From positions 81,823 to 145,822 of the forward strand of contig JAZOWN010000001.1 of NCBI GenBank assembly GCA_045659245.1: a stretch of DNA of 64,000 bases. Direction: 5' to 3'. Every line of letters begins with the position of its first letter. Positions within the stretch are counted from its first letter, which is position 1. Of the stretch, positions 36,344 through 46,827 are shown one piece after another. Under the pieces are notes generated by a model. That model was not told the DNA's origin and searched no databases. It saw only the letters and a list, made by a program, of their open reading frames with translations. This stretch comes from Eubacteriales bacterium (lineage in GTDB: Bacteria; Bacillota; Clostridia; Oscillospirales; CAG-272). The translations under genes and the position numbers were made by a program.

Positions 36344-37080
36344 GTTAATTTTTCCTTATCGCTTGTAAGATAATCAATTTCTTTTTTTGTTAGCCTGCGC
36401 CATTTGCCGGGAGTGAGAGATCCAAGCGCTATTTTTCCTATGGACACACGGGAAAGTCTCCGTATTTTCAGGCCCACCGCATCACACATTTTTCGTATTT
36501 GTCTGTTTCTGCCCTCATATAGTGTCATTTGAAGCACGCTCGATTCGTCCGCAGTACGCGCACGCGAGATGATTTCCACCTTGACGGGCAAGATCTTATA
36601 TCCGTCGATCTTCATTTCCGATCCGAGCCTTTTTAGCTGCTCGGCATTAGGAATTCCCTTGACGCTGACGCGGTATATTTTGGGTATCTCGTGGCGCGGG
36701 TGGGTAAGCTTATTAGCGAGATCGCCGTTGTTAGTGAGCAGAAGAAGACCGTCGGAGTCCATATCAAGTCTGCCTATCGGATAAACTCTCATGCCAAGGT
36801 CGCATACAAGCTCGCTGACGTTTTTTCTGCCCTTTTCGTCGGACATCGTGGTTACGTACCCGCGCGGCTTGTTAAGCATTATGCAAACGTTTTCCTCGGT
36901 CATCGGTATGATTATTTTTCCACCGAGCTCTACCTTGTCAATGCCCGGCTCTACGGTGTCTCCGACAGATGCAATAACTCCATTTACCCGCACCTTACCG
37001 AGTCTTATCTGCTCCTCAGCGGCGCGTCTTGACATTACTCCGCAATCTGTAAAATATTTTTGCAAACGGATAGGTGCCAT
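36340..37080 (-). CDS. rluB: Pseudouridine synthase, RsuA/RluB family
   Basis: N-terminal S4 domain (RLQKYFTDCGVMSRRAAEEQIRLGKVRVNG) and catalytic GRLDMDSDGLLLLTNNG. Confidence 0.88.
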   Translation of the reverse strand: MAPIRLQKYFTDCGVMSRRAAEEQIRLGKVRVNGVIASVGDTVEPGIDKVELGGKIIIPMTEENVCIMLNKPRGYVTTMSDEKGRKNVSELVCDLGMRVYPIGRLDMDSDGLLLLTNNGDLANKLTHPRHEIPKIYRVSVKGIPNAEQLKRLGSEMKIDGYKILPVKVEIISRARTADESSVLQMTLYEGRNRQIRKMCDAVGLKIRRLSRVSIGKIALGSLTPGKWRRLTKKEIDYLTSDKEKLT

Positions 37081-37084
37081 GTTT

Positions 37085-38203
37085 TCATTCCTTTTTAAAT
37101 AATTTGCCCCAAAATGATTTTTCTTTTTTCGGAGAGCAGATCCTTTCGCCTGTTACGAGAGGTGACGAGACTGCTTGCCCGTCCGTGTAAAGCTCAAGCG
37201 TGCCAAGCTCCGTGCCAATACTGCACGGTGCGTAAACAAAGCGGTAGCTTGAAAGCACGCGCTCGCTGACGGAGCTTTCACTCCTTTTGAGAGTAAGCGC
37301 AAGTGGCAGGGAATTCGTAAGCCTTACGTATTCCGTATCCGTACCTACTGCGGGCATATAATACTCGAATTCATAGGCTTCGTAGAGAACGCGCCGCTCG
37401 TAATTTTCAAAGCCGTAGTCAAGCATAGAGGTATGATCCTGCCAATCGTCGGGCGCATTGAGAGTCACGGCGATCAAGGTCAAGCCGTCGCGCTTTGCCG
37501 CGCTTACGAGCGTTCTTCCCGTTTTCTTGGTAAATCCCGTTTTTACGCCGATCGCACCGTCGTACGTCCTTAAGAGCTTGTTGTGATTTACAAGCAGACG
37601 GCGGTCGGGCTCTCCGCAAAATGGAATAGTCGCCTTATACGTCGAGAAGATTTTTCGCAAAAGCTCGTTTTTCATAGCCTCTCTTGCAATAAGCGCGAGA
37701 GAAAGCGCCGTCGTGTAGTGATCGTCGTCGTAAAGCCCGTGGGGATTTGTGAAATGGGTGTCCTCTATGCCGAGCGCTTCGGCATATTGGTTCATTTTCT
37801 CCGAAAAGTGATCTACGCTTCCTGCCGAATGTATGGCAAGCGCCACTGCCGCATCGTTTGCGGACGAGAGCAAAAGAGCATACAAAAGCTGCTCGACCGT
37901 AAGCTCCTCGCCCTCGCAAAGATAGATGGATGAGCCCTCGATGCCGACGGCTTCCTTTGGAACTGTTACGACGGAATCGGCAGAGCACAGCCAAAGAACG
38001 GTATGCGCCGTCATTATTTTGGTGGTGCTTGCCATACCCATGCACTCATGGGCATTCTTTTCGTAAAGCACGTGTCCGCTCTGTGCGTCGATAAGCACGG
38101 CGCTTTTGGCGGATACGCCAAAGGGCGCGTCCGCGTTCGGAAAAATTGTCAAAAAACTCCCGATTATTGCAAAAATCAGACAAAAAGCGACGATTTTTTT
38201 CAT
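37085..38203 (-). CDS. D-alanyl-D-alanine carboxypeptidase (S11 penicillin-binding protein, DacB/DacF-like)
   Basis: Signal peptide plus SxxK (ASTTKIM), SxN (SSAND) and KTG (KTGFT) motifs. Confidence 0.88.
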   Translation of the reverse strand: MKKIVAFCLIFAIIGSFLTIFPNADAPFGVSAKSAVLIDAQSGHVLYEKNAHECMGMASTTKIMTAHTVLWLCSADSVVTVPKEAVGIEGSSIYLCEGEELTVEQLLYALLLSSANDAAVALAIHSAGSVDHFSEKMNQYAEALGIEDTHFTNPHGLYDDDHYTTALSLALIAREAMKNELLRKIFSTYKATIPFCGEPDRRLLVNHNKLLRTYDGAIGVKTGFTKKTGRTLVSAAKRDGLTLIAVTLNAPDDWQDHTSMLDYGFENYERRVLYEAYEFEYYMPAVGTDTEYVRLTNSLPLALTLKRSESSVSERVLSSYRFVYAPCSIGTELGTLELYTDGQAVSSPLVTGERICSPKKEKSFWGKLFKKE

Positions 38204-38274
38204 TTTTTGTATTTCCCCCGAGGCATAGTTTCCCTAATATATATGAGGGGAGAAATACGGTAATTCAGCAGGAC

Positions 38275-38694
38275 TTAGATCTGGGGATATATTTTGTCCT
38301 TCTCGAAGATCTCCTTGATCCTTTCGATGATGTCGGGAGCTCTTTCGATAAGATCCGCGATCTGGTCGATAGGATCGGACTTGCCCTTGTTAGATACGTT
38401 GATAAATTCAACGTCTCCGCGGCTGTCAATTACGAGGAAGCCTACGGGATTTACGGTAATGCCCGTTCCGCCGCCGCCACCGAAATTCTGGGGGCGCGCA
38501 GGGAGATCCTTCTTTGTGTTGTAGTCAAATCCCGTTGCGGCGATACCCATCGAGATCTTTGAGATCGGAATGATCGTCGTTCCCTGGGGAGTTGTTATCG
38601 GGTCACCGACGATCTTGTTTGCATCGAACATGGAACGGATGTTTTCCATAGACGAGCGAATAATTTCGGGAATTCTGTTGTCATTTGCTGCCAT
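38275..38694 (-). CDS. ytfJ: Sporulation protein YtfJ/GerW
   Basis: 139 aa with FGGGGGTGITVNPVGFLVI, typical of YtfJ. Confidence 0.85.
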   Translation of the reverse strand: MAANDNRIPEIIRSSMENIRSMFDANKIVGDPITTPQGTTIIPISKISMGIAATGFDYNTKKDLPARPQNFGGGGGTGITVNPVGFLVIDSRGDVEFINVSNKGKSDPIDQIADLIERAPDIIERIKEIFEKDKIYPQI

Positions 38695-38745
38695 AGTTTT
38701 TATTTCCTTTCATTATATGTCTTTATATCAAGCCTATCGGCTTTT

Positions 38746-39414
38746 TTACTTATTTTGATCTACTATCTTGCCAACGTAGGTGTTAAAGATATCTATCGCA
38801 AGATAAATTGCTTGCCACACGCGGACCGAGAGCACTATTTTTACGTCTGCCGTACAGCCGTCGGAAAGATAGTCTGCGTTTATTTGCAGGTTCTTTGGCT
38901 TTGGCGAGGAGAATCCTCGCAGCGGCTCGAGGAGCGCGAGCAAGGTGGAGACTGCGTCGCAAACCGCGCCGTATGCGATAGCAGTAGTAGCCGCATCACC
39001 CGTTGCTACATTTATTTTAAAGCGTGCAACGTCAACTCTCAAATGTTTGAAAAGTCGCTCGATGATAATGCTTAACAGCTCTTTTATCCATTTGAGCATA
39101 TCGAATATATCCGAAACCGTACCTGCTTTTTTGGCGATGCCCTTTCTTTTCTTTTCACGGGCGAGCCTCGTTTTTTGCTTTTCCTCGTTTTCCTTTTGGA
39201 GTTGCTCCTTGATCTTTTGCGCCTGCTTGACGCTCATTGAGCGCGGACCGCGCTTGGGCTCGGGCTCGGGATGGATGCGCTTTTTAAAAAAGAGCAGACG
39301 ATAATATATTTCGAGGTGATCCTTATAGGTTATTACTATTTTCAGACGCAGAGAAAACGCCAGCGCCAAAAACAGCAGAATACAACCTATTACTATAAGT
39401 GCCGGCATGTGCAT
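38746..39414 (-). CDS. DUF2953-like (YtfI-like) sporulation membrane protein
   Basis: N-terminal TM and a basic linker. Its position directly upstream of ytfJ matches the B. subtilis ytfI-ytfJ arrangement. Confidence 0.6.
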   Translation of the reverse strand: MHMPALIVIGCILLFLALAFSLRLKIVITYKDHLEIYYRLLFFKKRIHPEPEPKRGPRSMSVKQAQKIKEQLQKENEEKQKTRLAREKKRKGIAKKAGTVSDIFDMLKWIKELLSIIIERLFKHLRVDVARFKINVATGDAATTAIAYGAVCDAVSTLLALLEPLRGFSSPKPKNLQINADYLSDGCTADVKIVLSVRVWQAIYLAIDIFNTYVGKIVDQNK

Positions 39415-39435
39415 CCTCCTGATTTTTTGATAGAA

Positions 39436-40071
39436 TTACGCTTCGTCGGCGGTATTTTCGTCGGTGACTCCCGACTCGTCGTCAGAAAGCTCACCGTCCT
39501 CAATGATCGGAACGTCCTCCTTGGGCGGGAGCAGAGTTTCGGTCGCGGGAAGCTCGGAGAGCGAGCGAAGTCCGAATACGCGCAAAAACTTTTCCGTAGT
39601 TACGTACAGCATAGGTCTGCCTGGGGCATCAAGTCTGCCGCACGCCTCGATAAGTCCTTTATCGATAAGTGAGTTTACTGCATAAGAGCTGTCAACACCG
39701 CGTACTTGATCCACGAACGAGCGTGTTATAGGCTGGTTGTAGGCAACTACCGCGAGCACCTCCATTGAGGAAGCGGAGAGATTTCCGCCGCGGCGAATGC
39801 CGAGAGCCTCGCGTATGTAGGGGGCGTACTGCTCCTTGGTGCAAAGCTGGCAGGTTTCATCAAACACGAGAAGATTTATTCCTCTCTTTGATTTATCGGA
39901 GTTATAGTCCTTAGACATGTGCTCTATGAGGTTTTTTGTGTTATGCACGTCAAGTCCGAGCACCTCGGCGATGCGGGTATATTTTACGGGGTAGCCTGCG
40001 GCGTAAAGTATCGCCTCGATAGCGCCCTCTATATTTTTAAGGCTGTCAATTTGAGTGTTCTGATTGTCCAT
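39436..40071 (-). CDS. scpB: Segregation and condensation protein B
   Basis: 211 aa (AIEAILYAAGYPV.., SSMEVLAVVAYNQPITRSFVDQVRGVDS), downstream of scpA. Confidence 0.9.
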   Translation of the reverse strand: MDNQNTQIDSLKNIEGAIEAILYAAGYPVKYTRIAEVLGLDVHNTKNLIEHMSKDYNSDKSKRGINLLVFDETCQLCTKEQYAPYIREALGIRRGGNLSASSMEVLAVVAYNQPITRSFVDQVRGVDSSYAVNSLIDKGLIEACGRLDAPGRPMLYVTTEKFLRVFGLRSLSELPATETLLPPKEDVPIIEDGELSDDESGVTDENTADEA

Positions 40072-40080
40072 AATATCTCC

Positions 40081-40872
40081 TTAAGCTTCGCCGTTTATAG
40101 CGGAGAGGTCGTATTCACTCTCTCCGACGGTGGAGTCGTCAGTATTAAGAATAAATCTCGTGGAAAGGCTTAACAGCGCGTTTTCGCTGTTTTCCTCCTC
40201 GTCCTCGACTAAAAGCTTGCGTATCTTTACAAGCTCAAGCACACCGAGGAATGATGCGATAAGGTCGGGAAGCGTCACCTCGCCGATAACGAGATCCTCA
40301 AGCGTTGCGATACCCTTTTTCTCGATAGTTTTCAGTATGGAAACTATTTTTATTTCAACGGGTATTACGGGCTTGCTTATCATGGGTGTGAACGACGTGG
40401 TAGCGGCGCGCTCGAGCGCATTGTTGTACGCAACGATTCGTCTTATAGCCGCGCACAGAGAGGTTACGTCCTGATCCTGCACGAAGGTCTTGTCAACGGA
40501 GATCTCGTCCGTGTCCTTTACCATACGCCCACTGTAATATGCGTAAAGAGGAGAGAGCTTTGCCGCCGCCTCTTTTGCTTGCTGATAGCGTAAAAGCGCA
40601 TCGGTAAGCGTGGCTCTCGGGTCGTCCTCGTCCTCCTCGTCGCGAGGAAGAAGCATACGGCTCTTTATCAGCATAAGCTCGCTCGCCATTACGATAAACT
40701 CGGAGGCGACGTCCATATCCAGCTTTTGCGCCTCTGCTATGTACTCAACGTACTGGTCGCAGATAAGGGATATGGGTATATCCGTAATACTGACCTTATT
40801 CTTTTGTATGAGCGCCAGCAAAAGGTCCAGAGGACCTTCAAACTGATCGAGACGGTAGGTTATTGCTTCCAT
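40081..40872 (-). CDS. scpA: Segregation and condensation protein A
   Basis: 263 aa starting with YRLDQFEGPLDLLLALIQKNKVSITDIPI. Confidence 0.9.
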   Translation of the reverse strand: MEAITYRLDQFEGPLDLLLALIQKNKVSITDIPISLICDQYVEYIAEAQKLDMDVASEFIVMASELMLIKSRMLLPRDEEDEDDPRATLTDALLRYQQAKEAAAKLSPLYAYYSGRMVKDTDEISVDKTFVQDQDVTSLCAAIRRIVAYNNALERAATTSFTPMISKPVIPVEIKIVSILKTIEKKGIATLEDLVIGEVTLPDLIASFLGVLELVKIRKLLVEDEEENSENALLSLSTRFILNTDDSTVGESEYDLSAINGEA

Positions 40873-40905
40873 GTCTGCCCCTTACGATTAAATTTAGTAT
40901 AAGCT

Positions 40906-41574
40906 TTAGAAAACTGCCGCGTCAATGATGCGCATTATAAAATTGCTCATTAAGCTGATCGGGCCATCAAGAAGTCCGATTGCAAGTGCTACCAAAAATA
41001 CGATGTAGATATATTTTTCGTAGCGCATTATTTTGAAATAGGTTGCCGAGGGAAGGAACGCGAAAAGAAGACGCGAGCCGTCGAGCGGCGGAACGGGAAT
41101 GAGGTTGAATACCGCGAGCGTTACGTTGAGCTGTACTCCGAGTGAGAAGAATACCCAAAGCCAATAGTATAGCTGATCGGTGAACGCCGTTACGGTAACA
41201 AATCCGAATATGAATATGGTTGCCTTCAATAGCAGGGCAAAAAATACCGCCAACAGTATGTTTGAAATAGGTCCTGCCATACCCGTGAGCGCCATGTCGC
41301 GCTTGGGCTTTCTGAAATATCTTGTGTTTATCGGTACGGGCTTTGCCCAACCGAATCCGAAAAGTATCATGGAAAGCGTACCGAGCGGATCGAGATGCTT
41401 TATAGGGTTGAGCGTTAATCTGCCGAGGTTATACGCCGTTGGATCTCCGAGCTTGTAGGCGACGTAGCCGTGCGCCGTTTCGTGAACGGAGAGGGAAATA
41501 AGAACTATCGGCAGAGAGAGCAGAAGACGAATGATAAAGCCTTCAATATCTCCGCTCATAAGGGAACTTAACAT
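40906..41574 (-). CDS. Site-2 protease (M50) family membrane metalloprotease
   Basis: HETAHG (HExxH) and NLIPVPPLDGS motifs within a polytopic membrane protein. Confidence 0.8.
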   Translation of the reverse strand: MLSSLMSGDIEGFIIRLLLSLPIVLISLSVHETAHGYVAYKLGDPTAYNLGRLTLNPIKHLDPLGTLSMILFGFGWAKPVPINTRYFRKPKRDMALTGMAGPISNILLAVFFALLLKATIFIFGFVTVTAFTDQLYYWLWVFFSLGVQLNVTLAVFNLIPVPPLDGSRLLFAFLPSATYFKIMRYEKYIYIVFLVALAIGLLDGPISLMSNFIMRIIDAAVF

Positions 41575-41595
41575 AATATTTCTCCTTGCGTTATA

Positions 41596-42894
41596 TTAAA
41601 CGTCGTTTCTCACAAGGTCCTCGTAGCTTTCGCGCCTTACTACGACTCTGTCCTCACCGTCCTTTATCATAACGACGGGAGGGCGGGGGATTCTGTTGTA
41701 GTTAGATGCCATGGAGTAGTTGTACGCGCCCGTTACGAGAACTGCAAGCACGTCGCCTCTCTTGGGTGTCTGTATCTGCATGTTTTCTCCGAGAAGGTCA
41801 CCCGACTCACAGCATCTACCTGCAATAGTTGCGCAAAAATCACGGGGAGCGTCTGCTCTGTTTGCAACGAGTGCCGTGTACTGCGACTGATAGAGCGCGT
41901 ATCTGGGGTTGTCGGGCATACCGCCGTCAACCGAAACGTAATTTCTGAAATTAGGGATACATTTAACCGAGCCCACGGTATAAAGTGTAGCACCGGCAGC
42001 TGCAACGAGAGAGCGTCCGGGCTCGAGAATTATGCGGGGAAGCTCTATGCCGTATTCTTCGCAAGCGCGTCTTACTATCTTTGAAATTTCCGCTATTGCG
42101 TTTGCGTAATCTATTTCTCTGTCGTACTCGGTGTATCTTACTCCAAGTCCGCCGCCGAGATTAAGCTCGAGAATTTCGTAGCCGCACTCCTTCTTTATGT
42201 CACAAAGGAAGCGCACCATTATTTTTGCCGCATCCTCAAAGGGCTCGATGTCAAATATCTGCGAGCCGATGTGGCAGTGAAGTCCCGCAAGGTGAACACC
42301 CTTTGTGTTAATTGCCGCCTTGACTATTTCCATAGCCTGCCCCGTAACTATCGCGCTTCCGAACTTGGAGTCAACGTTTCCCGTAACTATTGCACGGTGT
42401 GTATGGGGATCTATTCCCGGAGTTATGCGAAGCAGTATTCTTTGTGTGATGGCTCTTTTGGTAGCCTCCTCGCTGAGGGCGGAAAGCTCGTCGAGATTGT
42501 CAACGACGAACGTGCCCACGCCCATGTCCATGGCGTCGCATATATCTCTTTGAGTTTTATTGTTTCCGTGGAAATAAATGCGCTCGGCAGGGAAGCCTGC
42601 GCGCTTTGCCGTATACAGCTCGCCGCCCGAAACGCAGTCGATTCCCATACCCTCCTCGGCGGCAATACGGTACATCTCCGTAAAGCAAAGTGCCTTTGAG
42701 GCATAGAGGGGAAGCGCGTCCACACCGAAGCTTTGGCACGCCGCCTCGCGATACGTTCTGCACGCGCGGCGTATAGCGTTCTCGTCAAGCAGATAGAGCG
42801 GAGTTCCGTGCTTTTCTGCAAGAACTACGGCGTCCGCACCGCCTACTGTCAGGTGTCCTTTTTCGTTTATATCAAAATGCTCGTGAATGATCAT
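41596..42894 (-). CDS. lysA: Diaminopimelate decarboxylase
   Basis: PLP-dependent fold-III decarboxylase motifs (YASKAL, HCHIGSQ, LNLGGGLG, CESGD). ATG 42894 follows AAAGGAA. Confidence 0.9.
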   Translation of the reverse strand: MIIHEHFDINEKGHLTVGGADAVVLAEKHGTPLYLLDENAIRRACRTYREAACQSFGVDALPLYASKALCFTEMYRIAAEEGMGIDCVSGGELYTAKRAGFPAERIYFHGNNKTQRDICDAMDMGVGTFVVDNLDELSALSEEATKRAITQRILLRITPGIDPHTHRAIVTGNVDSKFGSAIVTGQAMEIVKAAINTKGVHLAGLHCHIGSQIFDIEPFEDAAKIMVRFLCDIKKECGYEILELNLGGGLGVRYTEYDREIDYANAIAEISKIVRRACEEYGIELPRIILEPGRSLVAAAGATLYTVGSVKCIPNFRNYVSVDGGMPDNPRYALYQSQYTALVANRADAPRDFCATIAGRCCESGDLLGENMQIQTPKRGDVLAVLVTGAYNYSMASNYNRIPRPPVVMIKDGEDRVVVRRESYEDLVRNDV

Positions 42895-42921
42895 GTCTTT
42901 TCCTTTCAAATTAGGGGAAGA

Positions 42922-43569
42922 TTATTTACCGAAGGAGCGGTGCACTCCCGTCACCATATCTCCAAGGTGCTCGACAATATTCAAGCGCTCGGGAATGAGC
43001 TTGCCGTTCTCGTAGGTAAATACGTTTATTGATGCGTTATGTGTAAAGGGTATCTCGCCGACGCGCGAGTCGTCAAGTCCGCCTGCGTGCGCGCAGAGCG
43101 CTCTGACGAGCGTTGCGTGCGTGGAAAGCATTCCCGTTTCTCCGTCGTTCTTCTCGGCAAGCCGCCTTACGGTAGCGAGCACGCGAGCGTAGACCTCCTT
43201 CGTTGATTCTCCTTCGGTGCAACGGCTGTTTGCGTAGTCGTTGCGCCAGACGGCGAAGTCGCGCCCGTATTTTTCTTCTATCTCGTCCGTCGTCAGCCCC
43301 TCCCATATGCCTGCGTATATCTCGCGCAGATCAGTTGTTGGAATTATGGGAAGTCCAAACTTTTTTGAGGTGGGTACAGCAGTATTGTAAGCGCGCAAAA
43401 GGTCGCTTGAATAAATGCAGTCTATTTTAAAATTGCTTGCTATATATTCGCCGACAAGCTCTGCTTGCGCGTATCCGAGCTCGGATAAGTCAAAGTCTGA
43501 ATGTCCCGCAAAGCGGCACTCGGCGTTTGCTATGCTTTGCCCGTGTCTTGTGATTATGAGGCGTGTCAT
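42922..43569 (-). CDS. Histidine phosphatase (phosphoglycerate mutase) family protein
   Basis: RHGQS catalytic motif at the N-terminus; 215 aa. Confidence 0.8.
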   Translation of the reverse strand: MTRLIITRHGQSIANAECRFAGHSDFDLSELGYAQAELVGEYIASNFKIDCIYSSDLLRAYNTAVPTSKKFGLPIIPTTDLREIYAGIWEGLTTDEIEEKYGRDFAVWRNDYANSRCTEGESTKEVYARVLATVRRLAEKNDGETGMLSTHATLVRALCAHAGGLDDSRVGEIPFTHNASINVFTYENGKLIPERLNIVEHLGDMVTGVHRSFGK

Positions 43570-43581
43570 AAGATCTCCGTT

Positions 43582-44181
43582 TTAGAATTTTGCGTATGAG
43601 AGGACTGTTTTCCAAAGCTCGTCCTTGCCCTCTCCCTTGAGTGAGGAGAACGCTATGACCTTTTCTCCCGAGATCAGCGGATGGCTGGAAATGGCTTCGA
43701 GATTTTTCTTGCGCTCGGTTGCGTTGAGCTTGTCAATTTTCGTGGCTACGACCACGAAAGGCAATTCTGCCGCACGCAAAAACTCAAGCATCATTTCGTC
43801 GTCCTTGGTTGGACCTACTCTGCTGTCGGTAAGCTGAAGCACGAGTGTAAGACGGTCAATGTTTTTATTGTCCGTAAAATATCCGTCCGTCAGTGCCGAC
43901 CACTTTTTCTTGTCCTCGGGATTGCGCTTCGCAAATCCGTAGCCCGGCAGGTCGACAAGATAAAGCTTTTTGTCAACGTCGTAAAAGTTTATAGTGATCG
44001 TTTTACCGGGGGCAGAGCTGACTCGCGCCAGAGATTTTCTGCCGAGCAAGGTGTTTATAAGCGAGCTTTTTCCAACGTTCGAGCGCCCCGAAAAGGCGAC
44101 CTGCGGCACGGGATCTGACGGGAACTGCTTGGGAAGTCCCGCACTTATTTTTAAATTCGTATTTTGGACGTTAAGAGCCAT
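43582..44181 (-). CDS. engB: Ribosome biogenesis GTP-binding protein YsxC/EngB
   Basis: GRSNVGKSSLIN, DLPGYGF and TKIDK motifs; downstream of lon. Confidence 0.9.
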   Translation of the reverse strand: MALNVQNTNLKISAGLPKQFPSDPVPQVAFSGRSNVGKSSLINTLLGRKSLARVSSAPGKTITINFYDVDKKLYLVDLPGYGFAKRNPEDKKKWSALTDGYFTDNKNIDRLTLVLQLTDSRVGPTKDDEMMLEFLRAAELPFVVVATKIDKLNATERKKNLEAISSHPLISGEKVIAFSSLKGEGKDELWKTVLSYAKF

Positions 44182-44196
44182 AATACTCTCCTTAAT

Positions 44197-46632
44197 TTAT
44201 CTTATGGCAGGAATTTTGCCTTTCTTTGGTGAGAGATCGGCAGGAGTGAATATTTCTATCTCCTCCGTTTCCTCTACGGGGTTTGCGTTTTTGCCGATGG
44301 GAGACTTTGCGGGGCAAAGCGCCGCCGCCAAAACTTCGGTTGCTCTCTTGCATGGAACGAATTTAACGTTTTCCTTTACCAATGAGTCAACGTCGTCAAG
44401 GGTTCTCTCGTTATCGTGCGGAATGATCACGGTTTTTACTCCCGCAGAGTATGCCGCCATGGTCTTTTCTTTGAGTCCGCCAATGGCAAGCACGTTTCCC
44501 CGCAGAGATATCTCTCCCGTCATTGCAACGTCGCGACGGACAGCTCTGCCCGTAAGCGCGCTCACGAGCGCCGTTACCATTGTAACACCCGCCGACGGTC
44601 CGTCTTTGGGAACCGCACCCTCGGGGAAGTGAATGTGTATATCGTGCTTTTGGTAGAAATCGGTGGGAATACCGAACTCACTCGCGATAGAGCGAACGTA
44701 GCTTACGGCTATTTGTGCGGACTCCTTCATAACGTCGCCGAGCGAGCCTGTAAGCTCGATTTTGCCCGTTCCGTCGAGAATTGATACCTCGACCTTTAAG
44801 AGGTCGCCTCCCGCCTGCGTCCATGCAAGACCGTTTACAACACCAACCTCGTCCTCGTCCGAGATAAGCTCGGGAAGGCGCTTGCGCGCGCCGAGATATT
44901 CCACGATGTTTTTGTCGGTAACAGTTATCTTGCCCAATACCGTTTCCTCAACGATACCCTTTGCCACCTTACGGCAAACGTCTGCGATCTCACGCTCAAG
45001 ATTACGCACACCCGCCTCGCGAGTATAGTAATCAATGATCTCCTCGATTGCCGCGTCGCTTATGTTAAGCGTGCGCTTGTTAAGTCCGTGACGCGCAAGC
45101 TGCTTGGGTACAAGGTGATTTTTTGCTATGGATATTTTTTCGGTCTTTGTGTAGGAATTAAGCTCAATGACCTCCATTCTGTCAAGCAGGGGCTTCGGAA
45201 CGGTATCAAGTGTGTTCGCGGTTGCTATAAACAGACAGCTTGAAAGGTCAAAGGGAAGCTCAACGAAGTGGTCGCGGAAGCTCTTGTTCTGCTCACCGTC
45301 GAGCACCTCAAGAAGAGCTGATGCGGGGTCGCCGTGCGAGTCGCGCGTGAGCTTATCTATCTCGTCAAGAAGAATGAGGGGATTGTTTACCCCGGCCTGC
45401 GTAAGGGCGGTGATTATTCTTCCGGGCATAGCGCCGATGTATGTCTTTCTGTGACCGCGTATGTCAGCCTCGTCACGCACGCCTCCCAAGGAAACGCGAA
45501 CGTACTTTCTGTTCATCGCGCGGGCTATTGACGCGCCGACGGAGGTCTTACCCACGCCGGGAGGGCCGACAAGGCACAGTATCTGGTTGCCAAGCCCGGG
45601 ATTGAGCTGCTTTACGGCAAGGTATTCAAGTATTCTTTCCTTGACCTTTTCGAGCCCGTCGTGGTCCTTATCGAGTATTTTTCTTGCCGCGCTGACGCTC
45701 ACTCTGTCCTTTGTGGAGATACACCACGGTATCTCAAGGCAGGTGTCGAGATACGAGCGCGCAACGGTAGCCTCGGATGAGCCAAAGGGAGCCTTTGACA
45801 TTCTTTCATTTTCCTTGAGAAGCTTTTCGCGCACCTCGTCGGGAAGCTTTGCGGACATAATTCGCTCGAAATACTCGTCCGACTCCTCTCCCTCACCAAG
45901 CTCGTTTTTGATCACTCTTACCTGCTCACGCAGATAATAGTCCTTTTGATTTTGGTTGAGGGCGGCACGAACCTTTTTGTGGATATCCATTTCGCACGCC
46001 AAAAGATCGATCTCCTCGGTGATTATCGCGATAAGAAGCTCTATGCGCTTTTCGGGATCGAAGGTCTCAAGAACTCTTTGCTTGTCCGAAAGCTTTACGA
46101 GCATATTCGACGATATAAAATCCGCAAGCAGGGCGGGGTTTTTGATCGCTTCTGCCGTCGTAAGCATATCGTCGCTTACCGAGGGGAGAAATGAAGCAAG
46201 CTTTTTTGCCTCAGTGAGTATAGCACGGCAGTAAGCCTGATTGCGGATATTGTTCTCGTCCGCCGCCGTGTGCGTTTTGGAATTGACCTCGGCTATTATG
46301 TACTCCGTGAACGGACGGTATTCGATAGCAGATGCTCTCGAATAACCCTCGGCTACGATACGGAGCGCGCCGTCGGGAGTTTTGATGGACTGCTTTATCT
46401 TGCACACCGTGCCTACGCTGTAAAGACATTCGGGAAGTCTTGCTTCCGCATTGGTGTCCTTGTAGGCGACTATAAACGTGAGAGAACCGGTACCAAACCC
46501 CGCCTCTGCCGCCTTTGCGGCAATATCGTCCGTCAGCTCAAAGCTGATAGCGGCGCCGGGAAATGCGACCAAACCCCTTACGGGAATAACGGGCAGGGTC
46601 ATGTTTTTGATTTTTAGTATATATTTTGACAT
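44197..46632 (-). CDS. lon: Endopeptidase La (Lon protease)
   Basis: 811 aa. LON N-domain, AAA+ Walker A GPPGVGKTS and protease domain PKDGPSAGVTM. Confidence 0.95.
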   Translation of the reverse strand: MSKYILKIKNMTLPVIPVRGLVAFPGAAISFELTDDIAAKAAEAGFGTGSLTFIVAYKDTNAEARLPECLYSVGTVCKIKQSIKTPDGALRIVAEGYSRASAIEYRPFTEYIIAEVNSKTHTAADENNIRNQAYCRAILTEAKKLASFLPSVSDDMLTTAEAIKNPALLADFISSNMLVKLSDKQRVLETFDPEKRIELLIAIITEEIDLLACEMDIHKKVRAALNQNQKDYYLREQVRVIKNELGEGEESDEYFERIMSAKLPDEVREKLLKENERMSKAPFGSSEATVARSYLDTCLEIPWCISTKDRVSVSAARKILDKDHDGLEKVKERILEYLAVKQLNPGLGNQILCLVGPPGVGKTSVGASIARAMNRKYVRVSLGGVRDEADIRGHRKTYIGAMPGRIITALTQAGVNNPLILLDEIDKLTRDSHGDPASALLEVLDGEQNKSFRDHFVELPFDLSSCLFIATANTLDTVPKPLLDRMEVIELNSYTKTEKISIAKNHLVPKQLARHGLNKRTLNISDAAIEEIIDYYTREAGVRNLEREIADVCRKVAKGIVEETVLGKITVTDKNIVEYLGARKRLPELISDEDEVGVVNGLAWTQAGGDLLKVEVSILDGTGKIELTGSLGDVMKESAQIAVSYVRSIASEFGIPTDFYQKHDIHIHFPEGAVPKDGPSAGVTMVTALVSALTGRAVRRDVAMTGEISLRGNVLAIGGLKEKTMAAYSAGVKTVIIPHDNERTLDDVDSLVKENVKFVPCKRATEVLAAALCPAKSPIGKNANPVEETEEIEIFTPADLSPKKGKIPAIR

Positions 46633-46774
46633 TTATTCAGTATCCTTTCGGGAAATTGCCTTGCCGCAAAACGAAAATATACGTTTATTACGGCTGAATA
46701 TCGTGTCTTGAGCGAGCCGCGGAATAAAAATACGCTCAGAACAATATATATTCATTATATTATATCATACTTTC

Positions 46775-46800
46775 TTTGAAATTTCCATAGTTATTTCAAA
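46775..46800. promoter_or_regulatory. Inverted repeat TTTGAAAT-N10-ATTTCAAA overlapping the predicted lon -35
   Basis: Arms at 46775-46782 and 46793-46800. The predicted lon promoter on the minus strand is TGGAAA (46782-46787), 17 nt, TATAAT (46759-46764). Confidence 0.4.
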
Positions 46801-46827
46801 TTATTTAAATATTGTTAAAATAATTTC

